Source: Isurus oxyrinchus (Eukaryota). From it: a stretch of 64,000 nucleotides of DNA. Under the pieces are notes generated by a model. The model was not told where the DNA came from and searched no databases. It saw only the letters and a list, made by a program, of their open reading frames with translations. Below, one piece after another: positions 25,150 to 38,000 of the stretch. The translations under genes were made by a program, and so were the position numbers. The DNA lies in assembly GCA_026770705.1 (NCBI GenBank), contig JANJGN010000036.1, positions 1,116,001 to 1,180,000 on the forward strand, in the 5' to 3' direction. Position 1 is the stretch's first letter; the number at the start of each line of letters is the position of its first letter.

Positions 25150-28100
25150 TAAACTCATAGAGTCATAGAGGTCTACAGCACAGAAAAAGGCCCGTCGACC
25201 CATCGATTCTGCGCTAACCATTCTAATCCCATTTTTCATCACTAGGCCAATTGCTGTGAATCTCCTGGCAGCGCAACTGCATATCCAAATACTTCTTAAA
25301 TGTTCTGAGGGTTTCTGCCTCTACCACCCTTTAAAGCAGTGAGTTCCAGATTTCCACCATCCTCTTTGTGAACACATTCTTCCTCAAGTCCCCTCTAAAC
25401 CTCATGCTCCTTAACTTAAATCTGTGCCAGCTTGTTATTGATCCATCCACCAAGGGGAAAAGCTCCTTCCTGTCTACCCTATCTATGCCCCGCATAATTT
25501 TATACATGTCAATCATGTCCCCCCTCAATCTTCTCTGCTGCAGGGTACATGACCCCACTCTATCCAATCTCTCCTCATAAGTAAAACTCTCCAGCCCTGG
25601 CAACATCCTAGTAAGTCTCCTCTGCACTCTCTCGTGTAATCATACCCATCCTATAATGTGGATTCCAGAACTGCACGCAATTCTCTAGCCGTGGCCAAGC
25701 CAGCGTTTTATTTAGTTCCAGCATTACCTCCCTGTTCTTATATTCTATGCCTAGGCCAAGAAAAGCAAATATCCTATCTGCCTTCTTAACCACCTCATCT
25801 ACATGTCCCGCCACCTTCAGGGACCAGTGGACATGCTCTCCACCGTCCTTCTCATCCTCGGTACTTCCAAGGGTCCTACCATTCATCATGGATACTTGTG
25901 CCTTGCTTGTCCTGCCAAAGTGCATCACCTCACAGTCATCTGGATTAAATTCTATTTGCCACTGATCAGCCCGTCTGACCATCCCGTGTATGTCCTCCTG
26001 TAAGTGAAGGCTATTCTCCTCACTATTTAACACCCCACCAATTTCTGTGTCATCTGCGAACTTATTGATCAATGCTCCCACATTCAAGTCTAAATCCTTC
26101 ATATATTCACAGACAGCAAGGGGCCCATCACATATCCCTTTGGAGCCGCATTGGATACAGGCATCCAGTCACAAAAAAACGCCCCTTGACCATCACCATC
26201 TGCCAATTCTGGAACAATTGTACAAATTGGATAGGATTTCATGGGCTCTTAAGTCCATTTCCAGTCTCCCATGCGGGACCATATCAAAAGCCGTGCTGAA
26301 GTACAAGTAAACTACTTCAAATGAATTGCCCTTATCTGCACCCTTGCTCAACTCCTCGAAAAATTCAATCAAATTGATCAGACATGGGCTCCACTTCAGG
26401 AAACCATTTTGTCTATTATTAATTAATCCCCGCTTCTCCAAATTTAGATTAAATCTGTCCCTCAGAGTTGCTTCCAATAGCTTGTCCATCACTTAGGTTA
26501 GACTGACTGGCCTGTAGTTCCCTAATTTACCTCTTCCTCCCTTCTTGAATACCGGTACCACATTGGCTGACCTCCAGGCCTTTGGCATCTCTCCTGCGGC
26601 CTGAGAGGTATTAAAAATTATTGCCAGCGCCTCTGCTAGCTCCTTCCTTGCATCACTCGACAGCCTGAGGTGCATTTCATTCGGGCCTGGAGACTTATCT
26701 GCTTTTAAGTCTGCTCGGCCACTTAGAACCTCCTCCCTTTCTATGCGACTTTCTTTCATTATATCACAGTCCTTCTGCCTGATTTCCATACATACGTCTT
26801 CCCTCTTACTTGTGAATACCGAAACAAACTATGCATTTATGGGCCTAGCTATGTCTTCTGGCTCCACACACAAATTAGCCCAATGGTCCTTAATGGGCCC
26901 TGCTCTTTCCCTAGTTATCCTCTTACGTTTAATGTACATGTAAAATAACTTTGGATTTCGCTTTATTTTACCTGAGAATGTTTGTTCAAGCCCCCTCTTT
27001 GGTCTTCTAATTTCCTTGATTTTGTTCTTCCCTACATATGTTATAGACCTCTAGGGCTTCCGCTGTTTTGGTGTCTGCTATACACTTGTCCCTTTTCTCT
27101 TTACCCAATCCTCTATATCCATCAACATTCAGGATTCCTTGGATTAGCTGGTCCCACCCTTTGTCTTTACTGGAATATGTTGGCCCTACACTATCCCTAT
27201 TTCCATCTTGAATGGATCCCACTGCTCTGACGCAAATTTACCTAAGATTAGCTACTCCCAGTCCACTCTGTTCAAATCCTATCTGATCTTATTTAAATCG
27301 GCCTCCCCCCAGTTTAGAAATCTGATTTCTGTTCCGTCTTTGTCCTTTTCCAGAACAACCTCGAATCTAATGGAGTTATGATCACAATCAGAAAAATGCT
27401 CCCCCACTCCAAAGTGCCTCTTTTCATTCCCTAAATATAAGTGCAGGAACTCCCTGTCGCTTGTAAGGCCTTCTATGTACTGCCTTATAAATTTCTCTGG
27501 CATGCATTTAAAGAATTCTGTTCCCTCTAAACCTATCACATTATGACTAACCCAGTTAACGTTGGGGAAGATTAAATCCCCCACTATTACTAGCCTATTA
27601 TTTTTACACTTGTGTGAGATCTGCCACCTATCTGCTCGTTTATTTCTCTCTGCCGGTTTTGGGGGGCAATAGGACACTCCCAGCAATGTGATTGTTTCTT
27701 TTTTGTTTATTTGAGTTCCACACTCATAGGATCATTTGAGGAGCCGTCTAAGATATCATCCCTCCTTACTGCTGTAATTGATTCCTTGATTAACGTTGCA
27801 ATGCCCCCTCCTCTTTTCCCTCCTTCCCTGTCTCGCCTGAAGACGTTATATCCTGGAATGGTGAGCTACCAAATCCTGTCACTTTATCTTTCATGTCTCT
27901 GTCACAGCAATGGCATCATACTTCCATGTTTTAATTTCTGCCCTGAACTGATCTGCCTTATTCGTCAGACTGCTTGCATTGAAATCACTACCATCCAACC
28001 CTGCCAAACACCCCTGCGCATTTTCTGGCATATAATTCCTATGCCTTGCAGACTCACTTGTTCTCTCTACTAATTTTGGCAATGCAACTCCCCCTGCTGA

Positions 28101-28197
28101 CCTTCCTCTCAGGTCCCATTCCCCCGCCAAGTTACTTTAAACCCTACCCAACAGCACTATCAAAGCACCCCGGAAGGGTATTGGTCCCATTCCAGGG
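25150..28197 (-). mobile_element. Degenerate CR1-type LINE (APE endonuclease + RT ORF2), unit-1 specific
   Basis: ORF fragments NASSLTNKADQF, IVGDLIFPNVNW, KSPGPNEMH, GNYRPVSLT, YFSTAFDMVPH, KFADDT, MQRRLTRMLPGL. Absent at the matching site in unit 2 (~50570). Confidence 0.93.
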
Positions 28198-29447
28198 TGC
28201 GATTGAGGGGTTGTATGAGGAGGCTCCTGTGGAGCAGAACGACGAGCATCGAGCAGCGGGGCTGAATGGCATTAGTCTGCTCTGATATTAATTTGGAATA
28301 TTGCAAAGCAGAAAGCATGAACAATGAGTGAAAGTGGTTTGCTGTTGATGTGAATATGGTACATCAATAACACAATAAAGCAACCAGTTAATTATGAAAG
28401 GAGAACTCAAATGAAATTTAACAGAGGTGATCTGATAGCTGACACCTTCACTAGTATAAACACTAAAACCTCGGCTGAAGACCATTGCTTTTTAAGAGAC
28501 CTGCTATGACAGGAATCAATGTTATTCACTGAGCAAGCCAAATGCCAGACGGAAGGGTATCTTACTGAACTTTTTTGTCTTGCATTTGAAATCGAAAGAA
28601 AACAGCTGGTCCCAGCAGCACCGAATCACAGTAGCACTTTTACAATTCTAAAATTAAATGATTTACTGAGAGGAAGAAAAAAAATTACTAGCACACAAGA
28701 CTGAAATTCCAGAGTTGAAACAGTCTTGCAAAACATTCCCACAAAAAAGTCCACTAAATACAGCAGTAAACCGCTTAGCAGCAGCTCCCTTATTGATCTG
28801 TAACCATAAAAATCCAGCAATATTACACAAGGCAAAAAACTGCTGCTACTTCCTTCAAGTAGACCAAACTACTTCTCAATTTCGTCCACTCTGTGGTGGA
28901 AATCCGATTTATGTTCAGAAACACAGTTCCTCCTGATAACAAGGACCTCTCTCCTTAAATCGGATGGCTGCTTCAAATTTACATTTTTTTCCCAGCACTG
29001 AGCTGGTCTAAGGACATCTCCCCTACAAAGTCGTCTCAGCTCAACCAAATAACCTTCCATAAATAACGTTTTTCCAAATTCATCCTGGACTGCATTGTCA
29101 TAAACGCCTGTTAGAATTCAACCATTTGAAAATATAAACATTTCACATGTCTTTCTATTGCCTCCACTTCCGGGTAAAAAAAAGATTAATAAGATTGCCT
29201 TGTTTACTTATGAAATCTTTTAAAGTTGTACAAGTCTCACAAACTGCCTTTGAAATTTAAGAGCTAATAGAAGGCCTTACTTAACAACTAATAAAATTGA
29301 TGAACAAAACTGATTTTCTTGTTATTCCAAATTCATCATAGCCTTTCTTTACAAATGCAAGAATCCAGCTACAATACCTTTCATCTCTCAGTTCCCACAG
29401 ACAAGCTGTACTTATTAACATTCCTCGGTTTCATTACCCATGGGCAG

Positions 29448-29640
29448 NNNNNNNNNNNNNNNNNNNNNNNNNNNNNNNNNNNNNNNNNNNNNNNNNNNNN
29501 NNNNNNNNNNNNNNNNNNNNNNNNNNNNNNNNNNNNNNNNNNNNNNNNNNNNNNNNNNNNNNNNNNNNNNNNNNNNNNNNNNNNNNNNNNNNNNNNNNNN
29601 NNNNNNNNNNNNNNNNNNNNNNNNNNNNNNNNNNNNNNNN
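29448..29640. other. Assembly gap (N run)
   Basis: N bases. Confidence 1.
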
Positions 29641-30446
29641 GTGATCCCCAAAATATATAACAACAACTTCCATCTTCACATACTGAACTCCAGCAGAGGT
29701 TCACCATGATACACTTGCACAACACAATGAAATGGATACCAGCTTCAACAGCTTTCTGTTGGGGAGTGATCCAGATTTGCACTCCACCTTCCACAGAATC
29801 ACACTACACTCACAATAAAGCTCGAACATGTGACTTTAAAATTAAACACTAACCAAGAGACACTGTGTAAAAGTGAGCGGAACCAGCACAAGTTTCTTGC
29901 ATCACTGTCCCTCTCCTCCTGTGTTCCCGTTCAATAAATGGTGAAACATATCACGTTTCAGGCAAAGCATCTCAATCCAGGACTGATGTTGTCAGGTCAA
30001 CAGAAATTGCAGTTTTATTCAGATGAAATGCAATGATAATTGAACTACTAATGAGCACAAACATATGGTGCATCGTTCTAATTGAGGAGTAATTCATTTT
30101 ATTTACATACAAACATTTATCAAGAAATGTACATCCTGTTAATAACTGGATTTATAGGATCAGCAGAATAGATCCATGGAAACTGAGGAAAATCCCAAGT
30201 CTTTGCTCAGTGTTTCTTTCAACATTGAGTTTAGCGAGAAGAATGGGACATCCTTAAAAACATTCGAAACAACTTTAACATTTAACGAAATGAAACAGTC
30301 TTTGAACGTTCTGGTGGGTGCATGGGGAAAGTTTAATTGTTTGATGGGAGTCTCCTTAGCTGCATGTTTATTTCCATAAAGCTGTAGGTTCTTTGGCTAA
30401 TCCAGGCCCCTCTTGATAATTGATCAGAAAGAAACCTTCCGGATTC

Positions 30447-33400
30447 TCATCTGCTGTCCGTCTTCCTTTTTAATCTTTTGTCCAAGACAGCCAAGTCCAT
30501 GGAGGCGTAGAGAGGGCCGTCTTGAGTCTGGGAAACAATTTACACAGTAACACCAAAAAGCAATTAAAAGATAGGTCAGATTACCCACTCCCACAGTTGC
30601 GTTTCATGGAACCATAGAATGATTCAACACTGATGAAGGACATTCGGCCCATTGGGCCACCCCTTTGAAAGAGGTATGCAATTAGCCCCCTTGTACCTTT
30701 ATCTGTCTCCATATCTCTGCCATTATTTTCCCCCTTCTACTATTTTCTAATTCCTTCTCGAATGTCCCAATTGAATCTGCTTCCATTTCCTTCTAGATCA
30801 ACTTGAGGTGATTTGTTTTTGTTTTATTTGTATGTGTAAGAATTGTCTGAATGAATGTTTTGTAACAGAAAAGCAGAATTAGTAAATCTGTTTAATGTTG
30901 TTTGAGGTATAAAATATGAAACGCCCTCCATCCCCACCCACATCAACCATCTACTTGCAATAGTGGCGACACCAACCTTGATGCCGGTTTAACGTTTGAT
31001 GTGAAAATGGCACCTCAGACAGTGCAGCACTCGCTCCGGGGATTCAGTCTAGACTGTATGCTCAAGTTTCTGGACACACGCACTCACACAACACCCACAC
31101 ACACACACATTGGCACACATACTTTCCAACCAAACTGAATCATTCTTAGCCCACCTACAACAGAAACACAAATTCAATTCTCTATAAAACTCCCTTGACT
31201 TTGGTATTATGTACATTGCAATTCCATTCGCTAACGTATTTATAAATTGGTTTGGTCGGGGCAAGAAGAAAGGTGGGAATTTTGCGGGTGGGGGAATGAG
31301 ACACAGTGTGGGGATAAAAGAAAATAGCATAACGTTAAAATGGAAACTGCTGCGAATCCACAGCTAAGTCTGACGGAGGCATTCTACCTGGAACTTCACA
31401 CTATCCTTTCTAGTGTCAGATGGGGAGAGGGACTGTGGAGAATTTTCTGATTTTAGTTAGAAGGAACAATGGGATTTGATACAAATTCAGAAGCTCTACA
31501 CTGTGCCCTGGTCTCTGATAACAGCGAGAAATGTCTAGCATTGGAACCATTGCAGCTTATCCCAAAAACAAATTTTTAGTATATTGTTACATCAGATTCA
31601 AAAAAGCTCACCTGTATTCCATCCCGATGCGTCTGCTTTGCCTCTGCTTGACGGTGGTCATCTGTGTTGTTAATGGTCAAGATATGAATTTAAACGTTAT
31701 CCCAGTCTGTTCAATACATAATTAAATACAGTTACACTGTTCGCCAATGGCCCACCAATTTACCAATGGCCCCAATACACCAATCGGCCCCATATGTCAC
31801 TGGGCCCCCATTCCGCGCAAGATCCCCCAAAGCGAGAAAAGTGTCTCAATACTTCAGTGGGGTGAATTTCGCCAATGGATGAACAAGAACTATCTACCCC
31901 AGTGCCTGGCGTCTATTGTCCATCTGGTATATTACTGCCAGTATTAATAACCAGTAATTGGAATTTTATATGGTTCTCACAGATAGAGTGATTGCAGAAC
32001 ATTTTCATGGCAGGAAATGCTCCTTTGCATCTTCCAATTCCGCCCACTTGAATTTTAATTGGTGCCAACATTTTAATGCAACTTACCCGTTTGTCGCTCA
32101 TTCCGGCCCTGTCTTTGCCTTCTCTCTCTCAAGCTAAAACTGGATTCGAATAAAAATATCAAACAGATGTTATGTCCTTTAAATCCTGGCTCAGGTGCCA
32201 GTAATACTTGAGAAGAGAATTGTAGAGCGGTTTTAGAATCAACCTTAAAAGATCATGGGAAATGTTAGCATATATCATTGGAATCAGTGTTGGAGCTGAA
32301 CCGGGTTACAGACAGTGCTAAATATAGAGATGGTGTTCGGGATGAACTTTGAAAATGCTTCATTTACTCACTTTTCATTTTGGGATCCCTTGTCTCGTCC
32401 TTCTGAAAGCAGAAAATGTAATCAGCAATTATCCACTAAGAGAATGAAATCAGGTAAGGGAAACAATTTTTCAATTATTACCAATAAATATTCATCCTCA
32501 CCTGATCTGCCGCTTTTATGAATCCAAATGGAAATAAGGACCAAGAGTAGAACCAGTATCACCAGGACTGGTATGACAACAGGAAGGGCCAGATTGCACC
32601 ATCCTACAGAGACAAAACACTTAGAAACTCCTGCTCAGTCAAATCATCCTTTTCTGGGATTCTCTGCTGGGAAACGTGACCCAAAAGGAAGGCCAGAATC
32701 AGTCCATTCGGACGATCATGCCAGTATAGGATCTTTGAAAGGTGTATCTAATTATTCCTAGTCTCCCTGTTCTTCCCATCAAATTTCCATCCACCGCCCT
32801 GTCAGGCAGCGCCTTCCAGGTCAGACCAACTCGCTGTGTAATAAAACAAATCTTATCATGCCCTGCTCTGGATAATTTAATGATATCTTCAATCTGTGTC
32901 CCTCTCATCACCGACACAATGGCCAGCGGATATTTTGTCCTTATGTATGACATCGAGACCCCGAATGATTTTGAGTGCCTCCATGAAATCTCCCCCTTAA
33001 ACCTTCTCTGCTCTAAGGAGAACAATCCTAGCTACTGCAGTCTCTCGAAATTAACTGAAGTCCCTCATCCCTGGTACTATTATGCCAATTCTCATCTCCC
33101 CACATCAATCCCCATCCCCTTACAGAACACCACAAGGCACCCTTGGTTGTTTCCTGCTTGTTGAAGGCATTCGGTGTAGAAGTGACCTCAAATCCATTCG
33201 CAAGATTTACTGCCTGTAAAGCGAGGTGGAAGTACATTCAACAATAACTTTCATAACGGAAATCATATTTTATTTTGAAGGAAAAAAAATGTGATAGTCC
33301 TATGGGGAAAGGGTGGATCCAATGGGATAACGCTTGAAAAGATATAGCACACGCAATATGGGTCGAAATCTCTCTTTTCACAGTTAATGTTCAAGGATTC

Positions 33401-34783
33401 TACGATGTGACGGAGAAATATAAGACAAATCCGGGAATTGTTTACAAGGACAAGTCTACACCTGTGTCCAATGTAACGCTAACTTATTTTAACATANNNN
33501 NNNNNNNNNNNNNNNNNNNNNNNNNNNNNNNNNNNNNNNNNNNNNNNNNNNNNNNNNNNNNNNNNNNNNNNNNNNNNNNNNNNNNNNNNNNNNNNNNNNN
33601 NNNNNNNNNNNNNNNNNNNNNNNNNNNATGATTTATTCCAAATTACTTCAAAGTCGAATAAAAGCCAGCATTGTACAGAGCAACAAATCACCTGTCCCTT
33701 TCTCTGCTGTTTTGGGAATCGACACGCTCTTTGTCCAATATTTGCCTGTAGACCCCAGTTGAACAATACAAGTACAGAGACCGCCTCGTTTCCAGGTTTC
33801 CCTCGGCACCAAGACGTGACTTCTGATGCTGTAGGTCCCGTCCGCCTCCATTGTACCACGATCGCTCGGTCCCTCGGTGAACAGGCCGGAAATATTCCAG
33901 AAAATAACAATCTGGTTGTAAGAAACTCCACTGACCAAACACACTAAGGGGACAGTTTCATTCAAATGCAGCTCATCTCGCGGGGCAAACATCAGCACAG
34001 CCGTCTTGTTGGTGGAACTGTCTGGACAGAGATTGAGACACAGCTAACGATTGATTTACACCAAATAATAATGCTGTGCTTGATCTGAATTCATTTTTCC
34101 TGCTCTCTTACCTCCAACCAATAGTGTCCGTCCGTTCTGGAGCCCTGCATAGCCAGCTTTACGAGCACAGTAGTAGGAACCGGAGTCATTCACCTGGACA
34201 TCGCGAATTTCTAGAATCAACACATTTTCGCTGCTGCCTTTTTTGGAAATAAACTTACAATTGGCCCCCTGACAGGGCTGGATGTCGACTTGTTTCGGGG
34301 CTTCACCCAGACGTTGTTTGCACCAGAAGAAGCTCGGCAGGAAACTCACTTTGGCAATGTATTGACAGGGTAATTCCACCATCTCTCCAACTTCAGCTGT
34401 CATTATGAAGGGACTCTGAGCCAGAGAGGCCTCGGATTCTGTAACTAGAGAGGTTATTCTTTCATAATTACTGGTTATTGAGAGATGGGAAGCAATCGCT
34501 TCGAAAAACATCGCATGTAATTTAAGTAGAATGACAACATTGACCTCAATCAGTCTTGGTTAGATTAATTCTCCAATATATATTTTTTTGACTTATAGGA
34601 GGAAACTGTAAATAAGTTCAAATGATCAAGTCAAAACCCTTCAGCTGATCACTGGGTCGCGTTTTCAGCTAAGTAGACACTGATTCCGTTTGATTTCAAT
34701 TTAAAATTATCACACGCCTTTCACTCACCGTAAATACGCAGCACTTGGAAAATTACAATCAGCGATAAAAATCCCTTGGCCAT
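30447..34783 (-). CDS. Gene A2: intact non-rearranging VJ-C1-TM receptor with ITIM-like tail (PRARP/antigen-receptor-like IgSF), 342 aa
   Basis: Exons, all GT-AG and phase-compatible: leader 34783-34729 (MAKGFLSLIVIFQVLRIY); V+J 34438-34112 (..ELPC..FW..DSGSYYCAR..LQNGRTLLVG); C1 34021-33692 (TAVLMFAP..LVCLVSG..FW..DGTYSIRSHV..W..CTC); TM 32603-32502 (GWCNLALPVVIPVLVILVLLLVLISIWIHKSGRS); cytoplasmic 32402-32372, 32139-32087, 31661-31612, 30527-30447 (TQDGPLYASMDLAVLDKRLKRKTDSR*). Total 1029 nt with no internal stop. An N gap lies in the C1-TM intron. Confidence 0.85.
32800..33080 (-). mobile_element. CR1 3' fragment in the A2 intron
   Basis: MFSLEQRRFKG..FITQRVGLTWKALPD motif. The segment is missing from unit 1 (junction ~4299). 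Confidence 0.7.
33497..33627. other. Assembly gap (N run)
   Basis: N bases. The paralogous position in unit 1 holds a (CA)n(TA)n microsatellite. Confidence 1.
33692..34021 (-). CDS. A2 C1-set exon
   Basis: Within ORF 33648..33998. C1-set motifs LVCLVSG, W, DGTYS, W, C; preceded by a 90-nt V-C intron. Confidence 0.9.
34112..34438 (-). CDS. A2 V-set exon with fused J-like G strand
   Basis: Within ORF 34056..34511. B-strand Cys, C-strand Trp and DSGSYYC are present; acceptor ttacag, donor gtaaga. Confidence 0.9.
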
Positions 34784-35030
34784 GTTGACGCAGCGATTTC
34801 TCCCTGTTTTCGCTCTCACCAGTTTGTTTCTGCAGGTGGAGTGGTGGCAGGCTGTCCTGAGCTCAGTTCCAGTCAGTTTCTTCCCTTCAGTTGCGGTGGA
34901 AGCTATGATGAGCTATGCTGTGAAAAGTATGATAATATTTTAAGTGCGCTGTCCTGGTGAATGTCACATGCGTTTGACTTTCTGTGGCCACCGTCTGAGC
35001 GTCACAGCGGTCAAGTGGCAGAGTGTTTAC
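34784..35030 (-). promoter_or_regulatory. Conserved 5' flank/promoter of A genes (copies at 4841-5090, 13011-13250, 57305-57550)
   Basis: Block immediately upstream of all four A leaders. E-box-like caggtg/cacatg and RUNX-like tgtggc/tgtggt sites are present in several copies. Confidence 0.5.
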
Positions 35031-38000
35031 AAATAACTTTACTGGGATGATTGTCGCGGGGAAGGGAGGCGGGTAGGGCCTGGGTCATAGAATACTAATT
35101 GCATTGAGAGATGCTGAATATTGTAGTTAAAGGTTAATGAAACCTGGGCATGTCAGAGCCGTTGGCAAGACAAGCATATATTAATCATCCCTAATGGACT
35201 CTTGAGGTGGTGATGTTCCGCTTTCTGAATTGGTGCAGTCCATGTGGTGTAGGTACACCCACCGTCCTTTTTGGTAGCGAGTTCCAAGAGTTTTGAAACA
35301 GTGACGGTTACGGGATAGCGGTTCTTTTCAAACCAGGATGGTGAGTGCTGTGCAGGGCAACTTGCAGTTGGTCGTGTTTTCAGGTATGTGCTGCCGTTGT
35401 ACTTAAGCTTGGAGAGGTCGCAGTTGTGGAAGGCGAATGCCAGGAATTCAGTGTTATGTCATTGTGCTCAATATAACCTATTCTGTAAACAGTTTGTACA
35501 AGGTTCATGATAATACCTGGTTAAGAGAGAAAGAGTGGAAAATATTTGGTAAAATGTATAGGAATGGATTTGAATTTTAATTAGGAATGTCTCATTTTCT
35601 TTTCCATATATTACGCAGAACAAGCACGGTCACTCACTGCACTTACAGAGAATGTAAATGACCGAATCTCTTTCCAATTCAGTCCACTCCTTACAGTTTC
35701 CGTGCATCGTCCTCCTTTCTGTTAAGTCTCATTGAGTAGGGTTTCGAGTGACTTATTCTACAATGTAAAACGCCATTGGTGATTGACCTGAATTCAGTGT
35801 TCTGAGTTCATTGCAGTATGCTATTTAACAATCATTTGATTGATTGACCCCATGAAGTGAGTTTCAAACAATAATACATGTTGCACTTTGTAATGTGCTC
35901 TAAGCGTGTTTACAGCAGTTCAACGGAAAATTCACAGCACAGTAATCACCTTGAAATAGCCGTTAAGCTCCTTTGATGTTACAATTTACAGTTACATATA
36001 ATTGGCAGCACAGAAAAATGCCATTCGACCGGACTGCTCGTGCCCGTGTTTATGCTCCGCACGAGCCTCTTCCCACCCCTCTTCATCAAAGCCCAACAGC
36101 CTATCCTTCTATTCATTTCTCCCTCATGTTTTATCCAGCTTCCCACTTAAATGCAAATCTGCTATTGACTCAACTACAGCCTGCGGGAATGGGATCCGCA
36201 TTCTCCCCATAGTCCGGGTAAAGAAATTGCTCCTGAATTCCAGGTTGGATTTATCTGATTTTAATGAAACCATTACAGAGGACCATAGGAACACAGGGCT
36301 AGGCCATTCGGCCCTTCGAGCCTTCTCCACCATTCGATAAAATCATGTCCGATCTGTTATTGTTCTCGACTCTACTTCCCTGTCTGCCACAAATAGGCCT
36401 TGAGTCCCTTGCTGAACAAAAATCTGTGTTAAGCAGCCTTGAATAAATTCAAAGTCCCAACCATGACTACTTTCTGGGCAACGGATTTCCACACACCAAC
36501 GACCCTTTGGGTGAAAAAACTCTTTTTCGCTGTGCCTTAAAATGCAGACTTTATTTTTGATCCATGCCACCAGCTTTGTCCACAATAGGAAGCATCCTCC
36601 GGGTATCCGCCCTATCAGGACCCCTCAGGAACTTAAATGTTTAAATAACATCACCTTTCATTCCTTTAAACCACAATTGGCATTCCTGGATTCTCCAGAA
36701 TTCGCGATTGGATTTATTAATATTGTGGAAATGGTGCCGAAGTCGAGTCACCTTCTTTAAGTCTGCCTAAATAAAGCATTTTTTAATTTTAAAGATCACG
36801 ACCAGGTCACCCATCAATCTTCCCCTTTTTAACGGAAATAGCCCCAACTGGTTTATTCTTTCTTAATAGTTATAAGCTCTCAGTTCTGATATCATCCTTG
36901 TGAAATATTAACTATACCATTTTCAGTATTTCTGTATCCTTTCTACAGAATGCAGAACCGTGTTCTCTACTCCAACTGTGGTCTAACTGATGTGAATACA
37001 TACCAGGTGTATTTTACAAAACAGATGATGAGTGTGTGACAGCAGTTCGACCAGTAATAAACAGGAAAACCACAGAGAGCTGTCTACTTCGGCAACATTT
37101 TCCAACCCGTATCGTGTATCTATGAATAAACACAGAATAACATGAGTTCTACATATTTCACACCTCCTACACACCGAGAGAACGAGAACGAGCTCTGAGT
37201 GAGGTTGAGGTCAGGGGCTTAGAGTCTGACCATCTGAAGTCCCGGACAATGTGCTTCCTCCATGTGTGTGCATTGTCCCATCTCTTCCGGGGTAAGATAT
37301 CCTAACATGTTCAGGTAGAGTAGAGAAGGGTTGGAATAGAGTAAATAAGGAGAAACTGTTTCCACTGGCTGGAGGCCTGGTAACCAGCGGGACGCAAAAA
37401 CAGTGGTGGGTGGTGGGGGGTGGGGTGAGGCGGTGGGGGGTGGTCGTGGTGGTGTCGGGGTTGGCGTCAAGATTCTTCTTAACTAATCGAGTTGTTGTTA
37501 TCTGGAAGGCTCTGCCTAAAAGGCGATAGAAGCAGATTCAATAGGAACTTTGAAAAGGGAAATTGGATAAATAATCGAAAGGGAAACATTTTCAGGGATA
37601 TGCAGGAAGGAGTGGGGGAAAGAATGGTGGATAACTGATTAGATCTCTCAAAGTTCCAGCATTCTGAATGGCCGAGTGGCATCCCCCTACACTGCGCGGG
37701 GCCAAGAGATGCAATTCAGTTATCAGGTTCGAAGTAAAAATAGGGTGAATATAGTCAACAACGTGGGAACTGCAACCGTCAGGAACAATGAATGGGATTA
37801 AACTGAAATATAACCTCTACCGGAATAAAAGGTGTGAGTTGGCTCCATTGAATTAATCAGCGATTGAGAAGAGGGCAGAGTTTCAAGTGGATCATTAGAG
37901 TGAGTTAGAATCTCTGGATCAAAATAACATGCCCAAAATTAACGGAGAAGCACAGGAAACGAAGGGAGAATGAGAGAAAAATATATAACAATTCGAAAAT

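Larger units (their letters stand above)
1..28393. repeat. Tandem segmental-duplication unit 1 (composite: truncated A1 cassette plus A'/B1/C1 cassette)
   Basis: 'atgttattcactgagcaagccaaa' at ~125 recurs at ~28519 and, more diverged, at ~50900. 1-7405 aligns co-linearly by eye with 28394-37205, and 12900-28390 aligns with parts of 34600-50770. Confidence 0.9.

Noticed and set aside
1-37205. Units 1 and 2 as uncollapsed haplotypes
   Set aside because: Frequent substitutions, large indels and unit-specific TE insertions indicate true paralogs. Long reads would settle it.
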